From the IMG/VR virus record IMGVR_UViG_2913820460_000006, positions 1 through 64,000 of that record: a stretch of 64,000 nucleotides of DNA. The stretch is one strand, 5' to 3'. Below the pieces are notes generated by a model that worked only from the letters and a program-made list of their open reading frames with translations, ran no database searches and was not told where the DNA came from. Position numbers and translations under genes: made by a program. Source of the stretch: a virus (taxonomy: Duplodnaviria; Caudoviricetes). Positions 1 through 10,700 of this stretch are shown here, piece by piece (positions within the stretch are counted from its first letter, which is position 1; each line of letters starts with the position of its first letter).

Positions 1-1482
1 ATGGCAACATTTAAAGCGTGTGTTCAAAAAGAACGCAAGGATGGATTTTATCCGGTTTATATCAGAGTTACCCACCATAGGGGGACACAATTCATGAAGA
101 CCGACAAGATGGTCACGAAGAAAGAACTTTCCAGAGCGAAAGAAATCGAAGACCCCTACGTGCTTCAGTATTGTGCCGGGCGGATAGTGGAATATAACGA
201 GCGGCTCAACAAAAAAGACATTGAACATTGGACGGTCAAGGAAGTGGTGGATTTTCTTACGAACGGCAATGACGATATTTGTTTTTCGGATTATGCGAGA
301 GTGCATATCGACAGAATGATTGACCGTGGGCAGGAAAGGAATGCCAAGAACTACAAGCTTGCCCTACAACATCTGGAACGGTTCATCGGAACCAACCAAG
401 TGATGTTCGCTCAGTTGACCTCTACGCAGGTGAACAAATGGATAAAGTCGCTTGAACAGACACATAGGGCAAAGGAAATGTATCCAATCTGTATGCGTCA
501 GGTATTTAAAGCCGCCATGTTGGAGTACAACGATTACGATAACGGTATAATCCGTATCAAAGTCAACCCATGGGTGAAAGTGGAAATACCAACGGCTGAT
601 CGTGCGGAGAAGCTTGCCATTACCCCCGAAGCATGTCGGGAGTTCTTTTCATTCCCTCTGCCGGAAAGTAAGATGAAATATCCACAGACGGAGTTCGGGC
701 GTGATGTTGCTATGATGGTGCTTTGCCTTGCAGGAATCAACACGATTGACCTGTACAATCTAAGAAAGCAGGATTACCGGAACGGAATTATCCATTACCA
801 ACGGGCCAAAACGAAGAAGTTCCGTGCGGATGGTGCGTATATGGAAATGCGGGTGCCAGCAATCATCCAGCCGCTATTTGAAAAGTACATGAACACGGCA
901 AAAGATGATGAGCGTTTGTTCAATTTCTATCAGCGCATGACTACATCGGACAGTTTTTGCGCCAATGTCAACAGTGGGATAAGGCAATTATGCAAGGCTA
1001 TGGGAATGCCAAAGGAAGAGTGGTATTCGGCTTACACGTTCCGGCATACATGGGGAACAGTAGCTCAGAATGATGTACGTGCCTCTATCTCGGAAGTGGC
1101 GTTTGGCATGAACCATAGCAATGGACACAACGTAACACGAGGGTATATCAAGATTGACTTCTCCCCTGCTTGGGAACTGAACGAGAAAGTAATTGATTTC
1201 ATTTTCTTCTCCGGTAAGGCTTCTGTACGTGAGCAGAAACAGGAGGATGTGCATTTCCGCTTGTCATACCGCTATATGGTGAATGCGGCTGCATACCACA
1301 ACGGGCAAAAGGTGGCGGAACTGACCGATGTAGGCTTCAACAATGTGGACGAGGTGATTGCCCGGCTCGTAACAATGCTGCCGGACGATATTCCGAACCG
1401 CTCGATGGTGATGTTCAAAATCGTCAACCTCGACAAAGACCAGACGGTGGTGTATCAGCGGCAGAAAGGGAAAGGGTTTTAA
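1..1482 (+). CDS. int: Tyrosine recombinase/integrase with N-terminal arm-binding and SAM-like domains and a C-terminal extension
   Basis: Catalytic motifs LAGINTIDL, YTFRHTWGT (HxxR-equivalent), MNH and VTRGY; Bacteroides-type N-terminus (FYPVYIRVTHHR). Confidence 0.9.
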   Translation: MATFKACVQKERKDGFYPVYIRVTHHRGTQFMKTDKMVTKKELSRAKEIEDPYVLQYCAGRIVEYNERLNKKDIEHWTVKEVVDFLTNGNDDICFSDYARVHIDRMIDRGQERNAKNYKLALQHLERFIGTNQVMFAQLTSTQVNKWIKSLEQTHRAKEMYPICMRQVFKAAMLEYNDYDNGIIRIKVNPWVKVEIPTADRAEKLAITPEACREFFSFPLPESKMKYPQTEFGRDVAMMVLCLAGINTIDLYNLRKQDYRNGIIHYQRAKTKKFRADGAYMEMRVPAIIQPLFEKYMNTAKDDERLFNFYQRMTTSDSFCANVNSGIRQLCKAMGMPKEEWYSAYTFRHTWGTVAQNDVRASISEVAFGMNHSNGHNVTRGYIKIDFSPAWELNEKVIDFIFFSGKASVREQKQEDVHFRLSYRYMVNAAAYHNGQKVAELTDVGFNNVDEVIARLVTMLPDDIPNRSMVMFKIVNLDKDQTVVYQRQKGKGF

Positions 1483-1498
1483 TCAAAGCAACGGCAAT

Positions 1499-1834
1499 AT
1501 GGAACTGAAAGAGTTTATCAACAAGGCGCTAACGCAGATTGCAGAGGGCGTACAGGAAGCAATAGACAATTCGGAAGGCAAAGGATATTTGGTAAGTCCC
1601 ACTGTTAGTGGAATCGGCAAAAGTTGTAATGTCCATTTCGATATTGCGGTGGAAAGCGAAGCTGAGGGTAAGGCAGGTATCAAAGTGGTTGGAGGATGTA
1701 TATCGAAACGGAGTACCAACCGTATCTCGTTTGATGTGACGATGACGCTGCCTACACCCTCCGCCAAAATCAAGAAAGAAAATGCTAAACGTCCGGTTTA
1801 TGCCGATGAGCAAACAAATCGGCATACTCAATAG
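1499..1834 (+). CDS. Hypothetical protein, possibly Trypco-like
   Basis: 111-aa ORF 16 bp after int; pattern ELKEFI..L.QI.EGV..A / V.FDIAV / GKAGIKV / RISF; family call from memory only. Confidence 0.6.
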   Translation: MELKEFINKALTQIAEGVQEAIDNSEGKGYLVSPTVSGIGKSCNVHFDIAVESEAEGKAGIKVVGGCISKRSTNRISFDVTMTLPTPSAKIKKENAKRPVYADEQTNRHTQ

Positions 1835-1985
1835 CAGTGAGCCATTTGAAAGCCTCTGCGGCATTTTGACCGGCTGCATCACCATCAATTTTTATTTTGG
1901 CATAGAACCAAAACAGTTTGCGGTAAAGACGGCGGTATCGCCAATTCTGATAGCGGCGCATCGCTTCTTTGAAAATCTTTTTCAT
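1785..1985 (-). CDS. Small hypothetical protein
   Basis: 66-aa ORF with natural composition, directly downstream of a copy of the conserved promoter motif (2008-2051, minus strand). Confidence 0.6.
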   Translation of the reverse strand: MKKIFKEAMRRYQNWRYRRLYRKLFWFYAKIKIDGDAAGQNAAEAFKWLTAIEYADLFAHRHKPDV

Positions 1986-2007
1986 ATCATCTGGATTTGT
2001 TTTCCGG

Positions 2008-2051
2008 CAAAGGTAACGGGTGGGAGTTTTCCTGCCCGTTTATCTTTTTAC
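2008..2051 (-). promoter_or_regulatory. Putative late promoter, motif copy 1
   Basis: Minus strand GTAAAAAGATAA-N24-TACCTTTG; TACCTTTG matches the Bacteroidetes -7 consensus TAnnTTTG. Confidence 0.7.
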
Positions 2052-2056
2052 AACCG

Positions 2057-2097
2057 AAGCCTGCAAGGAAGTTTTCTCTTTGTAGGCTTTCTTTTTT
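2057..2097 (+). terminator. Rho-independent terminator after the int operon
   Basis: AAGCCTGCAAGGA / TCTTTGTAGGCTT 13-bp stem (2 G-T pairs) followed by TCTTTTTT. Confidence 0.65.
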
Positions 2098-2194
2098 ATT
2101 CAATTTTTATTCTTGCCCTAAAATCGAAAATTTCTTCACGTGCGCACGCACGCGCGGTAGATGTAGTAGTAGATATATATATTTATTTTATGGT

Positions 2195-2608
2195 ATATCT
2201 TCCGAAGAAATGGGGTATAATTGTACATTTATTGCTATTTCTTCCGAAGAAATGCCCTTTTCTTCCGAAGAAATGTACATTTATGGCTGTTTCCTCCGAA
2301 GAAATACCCCTTTTCTGTACATTTATGGTTATTTCTTCTGAAGAAATAAATGTAATATCTTCTGAAATTATGTCAAAAAATAGCTCATTTCAGCCATTTC
2401 AGAAGATTTTTGAGGTGCTTTTGAGCTGATTTTCGCATAAAAAATTCAATCTGTACAAGAATGTACATTTATGCGTGTTTTTTCCGAAGAAATACCCCTT
2501 TCCTGTACAATTAAGGCAATATCTTCCGAAGAAATCCGAAGAAATGGGGTATAATTGTACATTTATTGCTATTTCTTCCGAAGAAATACCCTTTTCTTCC
2601 GAAGAAAT
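2195..2608. repeat. Array of 17-bp palindromes ATTTCTTC-C-GAAGAAAT built from 42-bp and 21-bp units with interspersed TGTACA; candidate origin iterons or pac region
   Basis: Copies start at 2195, 2237, 2258, 2289, 2331, 2477, 2519, 2571, 2592, plus a half site at 2536-2545; TGTACA at 2222, 2274, 2316, 2452, 2462, 2504, 2556. Confidence 0.9.
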
Positions 2609-2736
2609 TTTACGGTCCGGACATGAAAAAAGCGACATTCTCTCGAACATCGCTTCAAAGCAAATCAGTAAAATCATCCCCTTTTCGGGTTGGGGTTCCC
2701 TTGGCATGAAGACAATCTAAAGTAGAGGGTAATAGA

Positions 2737-3036
2737 TTATTCTTCCTCGTCTTCTTCTCCGGCAAGTTTGACAAGCTTGTCCTCAATGGTGAGTTTGACC
2801 TCGCCATCGTCTATGCTGATATTCTTAGGCATGATGATTTTAATGAACTCTGTCGACACTTTCACCCTGTCTTTGGGGTCAAGTTCCATGAAGTCCTGCA
2901 TTATTAGTGGCGTCACATCTCCTTCGGGTATAGTGTTGTGCGCTTCAAGCCATTTCTCAATCATCCCTTTTGCCAGTGCCGTTATTTTGTTGGGCGTACC
3001 TTTTTGCCGCCCTCCGGTCTTTTTTCCTATTGCCAT
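2737..3036 (-). CDS. Putative terminase small subunit
   Basis: N-terminal KKTGGRQKGTPNK motif typical of small terminase-like DNA-binding proteins; ATG at 3036 preferred over the longer ORF-track start at 3201. Confidence 0.65.
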   Translation of the reverse strand: MAIGKKTGGRQKGTPNKITALAKGMIEKWLEAHNTIPEGDVTPLIMQDFMELDPKDRVKVSTEFIKIIMPKNISIDDGEVKLTIEDKLVKLAGEEDEEE

Positions 3037-3048
3037 AATGATTTGTAT

Positions 3049-3092
3049 GTAAAAAGATAAAATGATGATGCGAAGATAACGGCTTACTTTCG
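3049..3092 (+). promoter_or_regulatory. Putative late promoter, motif copy 2
   Basis: GTAAAAAGATAA-N24-TACTTTCG, 38 bp upstream of the 3131 start. Confidence 0.65.
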
Positions 3093-3130
3093 CACGCAAG
3101 GTATAACTTTTAATAATCAAATAAAGTCTT

Positions 3131-3610
3131 ATGGGTTTAATAGGAAGTGCCATAGGTGCTGCAGGCAGCATTTTCGGTGGGATCAAGGCATCCAAGGCCA
3201 TGAAGAAAGCAAAACGTAATGTTGAGGCTCAACGGCAAAAGAATCAGGACTGGTACGACAGGCGGTACAACGAGGATGCCACTCAGCGGGCTGATGCACA
3301 ACGCATCCTTACGCAAACTGAAGAGAGTATAAAACAACGTAACAAAGCCGCTGCCGGTAGTGCAGCCGTCATGGGCGGTACTGATGAAAGTGTGGCAGCG
3401 GCCAAAGAAGCGAACAACAAGGCTCTTGCCGATGCAACATCACAGATTGCCGCTGATGCAGAAGCACGTAAGGACAATATCGAAGCCACTTATATGCAAA
3501 ACGACAATGCTTTAGTGGAACAGCTTAACGCCATTGAGCAAGGCAAGGCCAATGCCATATCGGGAGCTGTACAAGGAGTAACTAACGCGGTAAGTCAAAT
3601 GCCTTTCTAA
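3131..3610 (+). CDS. Putative DNA ejection/pilot (internal virion) protein
   Basis: Gly/Ala-rich hydrophobic N-terminus (MGLIGSAIGAAGSIFGG) then Ala/Gln-rich coiled coil; first gene of the operon ending in the giant protein. Confidence 0.6.
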   Translation: MGLIGSAIGAAGSIFGGIKASKAMKKAKRNVEAQRQKNQDWYDRRYNEDATQRADAQRILTQTEESIKQRNKAAAGSAAVMGGTDESVAAAKEANNKALADATSQIAADAEARKDNIEATYMQNDNALVEQLNAIEQGKANAISGAVQGVTNAVSQMPF

Positions 3611-3621
3611 ACTATTTCAAT

Positions 3622-4701
3622 ATGGCAACAATGGATGATATTTTAGGAAACGGAGGTGGTACGCCTCCGCCCAAAGGCTCTAAGGAATGGCACGAACAGC
3701 AGCAAGACGCTCCTTCCGTATCATCCCCGGCAAAGGGTACACAGAAATGGACGGAACAACAAGCAGCTGCGGCTCCTGCCGTTACCGGCTCCCAATCTGA
3801 AACGGTCGCTGCACCTCCGGCCAAACAAGCCGATGTGAACGGTGGCAGTCTCTCATACGCTGAATTGTACAAAAAACTCAATCCCTATAAACCGCCAACG
3901 GACGAGGAACTTGCTAAAGAAAAGAAGAAGCAGAAACGTGAACAGATATTCGCAGCCATTGGTGATGGTATATCGGCACTCTCGAACTTGTTCTTCACCA
4001 CGCAGTACGCTCCAAATATGTATACCGGTAAGAATACCATGTCAGAACGTACCAAAGTGAGATATGACAAGCTGATGAAAGAACGTGAAGGCAAGGAGAA
4101 AGAATATTATGAGGGGCTGATGAGGGCAAGAATCGCTGATGAAGAAAGGGATGACCGTGAACGTAAGTGGCAAAGGCAGCTTGGTCTTGACGATTATAAC
4201 CGCATACGGAACGATGCCAAAGAGGAACGCGACAGGCAGATGTTTGAATTGAATCTCCAACTGCAAGGCAATAAAATATCCGCATCCGAAGCTGAAGCCA
4301 AACGCAAAGGAATTGAAGCAAAATATGCAGAAGAACTTGAAAAGGCAAGGCTTGAAACCGAAAAGGCTAAAGCTGGTGCTTCAAAGGCTTCCGCTTCCGC
4401 ATCCAATGCCAGAGCAGAATATTACAACCGAGGTGGTGGCAGTGGAAAGGCCGGAGAATATCCGTGGTATGACAGCGATGGTAACAAGCATTTTGCACAC
4501 TCGTATGAAGCCATGCGTCAGAACGCCATAGACAATGGAACATGGAACGAAGAAACTCAGGCTTCGACCACCGAGGTCAAAAGTGGAAGAGGGAAAACCG
4601 TCAAGACATCTGAAACGACAAAGCCCGGTAAAGGACATTCTTCTAAGCCACAGAAAAAAAGTCCAACGGCCGATAATAAAAAGAAAAGTCCAACATCATA
4701 A
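3622..4701 (+). CDS. Putative internal virion/ejection protein
   Basis: 359 aa, low-complexity and coiled-coil, with a central amphipathic segment IFAAIGDGISALSNLF; position in the operon. Confidence 0.55.
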   Translation: MATMDDILGNGGGTPPPKGSKEWHEQQQDAPSVSSPAKGTQKWTEQQAAAAPAVTGSQSETVAAPPAKQADVNGGSLSYAELYKKLNPYKPPTDEELAKEKKKQKREQIFAAIGDGISALSNLFFTTQYAPNMYTGKNTMSERTKVRYDKLMKEREGKEKEYYEGLMRARIADEERDDRERKWQRQLGLDDYNRIRNDAKEERDRQMFELNLQLQGNKISASEAEAKRKGIEAKYAEELEKARLETEKAKAGASKASASASNARAEYYNRGGGSGKAGEYPWYDSDGNKHFAHSYEAMRQNAIDNGTWNEETQASTTEVKSGRGKTVKTSETTKPGKGHSSKPQKKSPTADNKKKSPTS

Positions 4702-4711
4702 ATAAAATACT

Positions 4712-7700
4712 ATGCCTGAAGAAAAGGATAAGATAAAAAAACTGTATGATACGTTTGTTTCTGATGGTTACGACATGGAGAGCGAAGAAGATTTTCGCAA
4801 GAACCTGTTAGATTCAACCAAACGTAAAGCGGCTTACGACGCTCTTGTAAAAGATGGTTATGATATGGAGCCGTTTGAAGAATTTGAAAGCAATATAGGG
4901 TTTGGAAAGGAACGAACCTCATCGCAACAATCGGGAAACAGTGCTTCCGGAACGGTTGAAGAACCCATTTCACCTGCTAATGAACAGACATGGCAACCTA
5001 CAGAAAAGGAGAAAGTAGCGATGTTGACCGAAACCGACCGTATTATGAACGATGTGAAATCCCATACACAAACATTCAACGAACGCATAGACAATATGCA
5101 GGAATATGGGATAAATCCCGGCTTGCAGACCAAAGAGGGAAAGATGATATTCAATCCTGAAAGTGGGAAGTTGGAGAAAACGTTCCTCACTCCTGCCGGA
5201 AATCGTTATTACAGCAAGTCATTGGCTGACATGGAAAGCTTTCAGTACCGCCAAGCTGCCGATATGTCCATAGGCGGACAGTTGCGCAAGGCAAACCTCC
5301 GGTTGCAGGAGTTGAAAGCCAAGCAAGAGGAAAGAGCATCAGAAGTACACAAGGAATGGGCAGAAGAGACAGAAAACAACAAAGCCCCTCTCGCTGCCAT
5401 ACTGGGAGCTGCCACTTATACGCCCCGCCAACAATCTGACAAGGAAAACCGTGCGTTATCCGTAGCCATTCGTGAAACAGAGGAACTGATTAAGAACCTT
5501 GAAGAACAGAAAGACCGTGAAAACGGTGTAGATGTAGGTTTTTGGCGTGGTTTCGGTCGCACTATGGGTGATGTGCGCACGTGGGATTTCGGTATGGGTG
5601 ATATGCGTGACGCATTTACGATGATGAATGCCGATGAACTGAAAAAAGAAAATGCCACAGAGGGTGAACGTGAAGCGCATGATGCAATGATGGGCGCAAT
5701 CCATGAGAAGCAACAAGCAGAGGAAAGATACAGCGGAAATGCAGATTTTTGGAACAGAGCAGGTGTAATGACAGGCTATATGCCGTCCTTCATGCTGGAT
5801 TTCGTATTGACAGGTGGAGGATTTAACGGATTGTCCTCTTTCTCCAAAGGAAGTACCAGACTTGCAACAAAGGTTATAAGCAAAGAAACGGCTGAAAAAA
5901 TGGCTCAGCAGGGTTTCAAGTCCTATATCAAAGAAAATGGAGCCAAAGGTTTGGGACGGTATGCAACCGACTGGACCATCAAAGCACTCGGTACAACTGC
6001 AGATGATTTGCTTGTACGCGCTCCACTTATGGCCAATACAGTACAGGCAGGGAAAACTACTGCTGACATTATTGACCGTAAACTGGGTGATGTGGTTGTT
6101 GATGAGAACGGCAACTATGATTTTTCCAACGACAAGACTTGGGGGGATGCCATTTGGCAAAGTGAAGCCAATGCCATCATTGAGAATTATTCGGAAATGT
6201 TCGGTGCACATCTTGATCCGGTCTTTACTCTTGGGAATATGAGCAAACTCGCCAAAGTTGTAGGTGCAAAACGTATCGGTACAGTGCTTTCAAAGGCTGA
6301 CGCAAGTGCGTTGAACGGTATCATGGGACAAACTCATCAGATGTTCAACAAAATGGGTATGAGTGATTATGTCGGTGAGGTTTCGGAAGAATACTATGGA
6401 CAACTGTGGCGCACCATGCTCAATCTTGATGATGCCTATCAACAGAATCCGGACGGTACACGTACCAATTTGTTTGCCAGTGGCCAATTTCATGGTGACA
6501 TTTGGGGAGGCATGGCACTCTCTATGGGATTGATGGGCGCAGGAAAACATACTTTGTCTGCTGCAAATTATACTTCCATGAAGCATGGTGTAAATAAAGC
6601 GGACGCAAAAGTGAATGAATTACTCGGCAAAGAGGTATGGGAGCCATTAAAGGAGACGCTTGACCTTACTACCAATGAGAATATCGGTGAAGTTGCGGAA
6701 CTTATTGCCGGTGATAAAGATTTTACCATCAATGAGAAAGCTGCCGTTCTGGATTATATGGAACGCTCGTTGAATTTGCGAGGATTTAACCTTGCTTCTA
6801 TGGCTCAATCACGTGGCGGCAACCGAAACGAAAGTGTACAACAAGCAAATGACAGTTATCTCGACGGGTATAATATCATTTCTTCGCAGGAGATGAACGA
6901 TGCAAAGAACATGTATGAGTATCAGCGTGCAAGGGTTGCAGACCTCGTGGATGAGAGCATGTTTGCAATGATTGAAGAAAATCCGATTGCCGCATTAGAG
7001 TTTGTGAATGGCAACGAACAATGGAATGATGAAGATAAGGTTTCCGTAATCGATTATATTAATGCCAAGCAGGTGTATAACGGCATGATACAACGTGTAC
7101 GTGATGATATAGACGGTCGTATCGAGCAGAGCAACTCAATGATAGATGCACGTGTGAACCGTAATACCGGCATGATACAGGGGGCAACGATGAAGCAGGA
7201 TGAGCGGAAGGTGTATGTAATCAGTGGCAAGCTTGTACCATATGACGATGGTAGCGGTGTGAGCGTAACTGATTCGGACAACAGCATCATCATTCGCGAT
7301 TCGGAAACCGGCGCACTTGAACAAGTATCACCTGATGCAGTATTGTCTCTTGATGAATCGCAAGACCCTAACGAGCAAAAAGAATTGGCAGAACAAGCCA
7401 TTGTGGAGCAGTTCGCACGTGAAGCGGCTGATAAGATAGACGGTAAGGTTACATTCAATCCGGGTGATGCCTATACTATTACCGGACAGGATGGTTCACA
7501 GATGCAAGTACAGATTATAGCCAACGAGGACGGTATTGTGGATAATGGGGACGGCACAGTTAACGTTTCGGACGGCGTGAACATCTTCCCGTTGGCAAAA
7601 GAAACCATACAGCAACAGGCTGATGCGGCAAATTTGGCACGTGTGGCGCAGTTCGAGCAGCAGAGAACCATTGAGAATGCCGAACGGAAACAGGAGATGC

Positions 7701-10700
7701 AAGAGGCTGAAAGACCACAATACGCCCTCAATGACATTGTTTCGCTTACCGATGAGAACGGCGTTACCGTCCGTGGCAATATCACAGCAGATGCTGATGC
7801 GGACGGCAAGTATGAGGTATTTACCGAAGCCCCTATCAACGGCAAGCGTGTGAACCTGTTTACCCGTGATGAACTTGACAATATGTTGTTGGAGCATAAC
7901 GGAGTAGCGTTTGAACGCCCTGTCGAGAATGAGAGCAACAATGGTGCGGAAAATATTCCCGAAAATGATAACAATGCCCCTCAAAATATTCCTGCCATGC
8001 AGAGAATACCAAAGGATGAGCAGGGAAATCCACTATATGAGCAGGCCGACAGCGACACAGCTTGGGATGCCATTGTGGAGCAGACTGAGGGTGATGAGGA
8101 TATGGCACAGACCGTAGTCGATGGAATGGTTGCCGACAAGGAAGAAGCCTTGAAGAAGTTGGAGAAAGCCAAATCGAAAGGTGGCAACTCCATTGCCGAA
8201 AAGATTGCTTCCGAGAAAGAACGCAAAGCGGCGATTGATGCAGCCAAACAGGAATTGCTCGTTTGGCAGAAGATAGCCGGTACCGCCAAACGCAGAAAAA
8301 TGGAAGCGGATGATGAACGCAGACGTATTGCCGATGAAGCAGCCGCATTGCGAAAGGCAGAAGAAGAAAAGTTACGTGCCGAACGTGAGGAAGCGGAACG
8401 CATCGAGCGTGAAGCCCTGAACGGAGTGCCGGACATGGTGGACGACAAGCCGCAGGATGCACGGGCAAGAGGTTACAGACGCATGAACGGTCATAAGATA
8501 GACAGACAAGAGCCTGTACAGGCATTGCAGGGAAAGGAGGTATCCGTAAAATTCAGTGATGATGCCATTGTAGGTGGTCGTGTAGCCGTGATTGATGTAA
8601 ACTTGTTGCAACCGAGCCATATTCAAGGCGTGCGCAACCCTCTGCACTTTATTGACGAAGCGCAGCCAAAAGAACGGAATGACGAGGCAAGTGTATTGTC
8701 TGCACGAAAGATTGCCGGAAACATACGCCCCGAAGAAATCACATCTTCTGTTACCGCCTATACAGGCGCACCTACCGTGAACGCACGGGGCGAAGCCATA
8801 CAGGGCAATAACCGAAGTGACGCACTTCGTATCATGTGGGAGAACCATCCGGAACAGGCGGCTCTTTACAAGCAGTATCTGAAAGACCATGCGGAAGAAT
8901 TTGGATTACAAGCAGAAGACATTGAGGCTATGGAGCATCCTGTCCTTGTGAACATGGTTGATGTGGACGATGCAGAGGCTATCCGTCTTGGCCAGTATGT
9001 GGCACAGGACACAGAAAGTGGAGGTGTTGAACGCATCAAACCTAAAAACGCCTTGCAGCGCATGGGAGCCGAAATGCGTTCGTTTGCCAACTTGCTGCTT
9101 AGGACTTCGGATGATGAAATGTCATTTGCCGGACTTGTGGATTCCAATGGTGCTAATGTTTTGAAATGGATGAGCCAAAGAGGTTTCATTACTCCCACAC
9201 AATACAAGAGTGCGTTTGACAGCAAGGGTAACTTGACTCCCGAATCCAAGAATGATTTGCGTGGTATCATGTATCAAAGCATATTCAAGGACGGTAGTAC
9301 ACGGTTGGAGGAAATGTTCAACGTATTACCGGTAAAAGCACAAAAAGCTATTCTTGCCACTGCTTTTCGTGATTATGATAGTCCGAACAGTGAACGAATG
9401 GTAGATGAGATACAGAATTCCGTTCGTGCTTACTATGCTTTGTCCCAAGATAAAATGTTTGCAGAGGCAAAGAACTTCAAGGAAGCACGTACTGCCGTAG
9501 AAAGTTGGAAACGCCAGTATCAAATGGATGATGTCACTGGGGAAAGTTATCTCCCTGCTGATAATTTCAGTAACTTTGTCCTGCATTTGGCCGCAATGTA
9601 TAAAGGTGAAAGCCAAAGCTTCATTCAAAATACATTCGGCAAGATTTATGACCTTATACAAGGTACACAGGAAGAAACTCTGTTCGAACAACCGGACAAT
9701 ACCCCTCGGACGCTCGTACAGGCTATTAAAGAAACATTTAATTTAGATTACAATGGACAACAACGAAGCAATGTATTGGTTGGCGATACTGCAACAAGCC
9801 AACGAGGGCAGCAAGGAAGCAATGGAACTCTTGCGCCAAGAGAACGAGTTGAGAACAGAAATGGGACAACTGATGATACAGGAAGAACTGAAAGCATTGG
9901 TGGACAAAGCGAAATAGAATCTTCTTTATCACAAGAAGAAATGCTGTTTTCTGATGATACTGACAATCAACTTAGTGCAAAAATAGCAAGACGTATTGAA
10001 GTTCAAGAAGATGATTGGATTGAAAGCGGAAAGTATGGCGATACTTATAAACAGACAATTATTGTTGATGGTACTCATAAAGTTATAAAAGTTGATGCAC
10101 CTGATACGAAAGGTAATTATATAGGTAGCGCTTATGAGTATGACGGTCAAACATTCGGAGATTTATTGGATGTTCTTAATTATATTGATGCATCTTTGTC
10201 TTTAGCCAATGCTGTTGCAGTGGCAGAGAAAGAAACCGATACTACTCCTACGGAGAAACAGAAAGAAGCAGGCAATTATAAGAAAGGTCATGTGCAGGTT
10301 GGTACATTCAATATCACCATTGAGAACCCGAAAGGATCCGTTCGTAGTGGAATAGACACAGAGGGCAACAAGTGGGAAACGATCATGCAGAACACCTACG
10401 GCTATATTCGTGGCACGGAGGGCGTGGATGGAGACCACATAGACGTGTTCCTCTCTGACGATATTGACGGGTGGAACGGACGCAGGGTGTTCGTGGTGGA
10501 CCAGTATAATGAGGATGGCAGCTTTGATGAGCATAAGGTAATGCTTGGTTTCAATGAGACTGACGATGCCGAGGCAGCTTACTTCGCGAATTATGACAGC
10601 GACTGGGCAAATAATCACAAGACAGTGGTAACTGCCGTAAACTTGGAGGATTTCAAGAAGTGGATAGATAGTAGCCACCGTAAGACTAAAGCGTTTGCTG

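Noticed and set aside
2195-2608. CRISPR-array interpretation of the palindromic repeats
   Set aside because: Repeats are only 17 bp, spacers are 4-35 bp and themselves repeated, and no cas genes are present.
1782-2720. ORFs 1782-2429, 1997-2341, 2399-2707 and 2475-2720 containing ISSEE repeats
   Set aside because: The palindrome reads ISSEE on both strands, and 10-bp and 31-bp offsets shift frames between units, so these are by-products of the DNA repeat array.
4660-4700. Short duplication AAAAGTCCAAC at the 3' end of the 3622-4701 gene
   Set aside because: Two copies encoding KKSPT in a low-complexity tail; no sign of a regulatory or recombination role.
7911-8117. Other +1-frame ORFs in the giant gene (7911-8117, 7623-7853, 8958-9164, 13926-14249)
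   Set aside because: Peptides are Met/Arg/Pro-skewed as expected for off-frame reads, and most overlap conserved main-frame regions, unlike the 9753 and 12306 ORFs.
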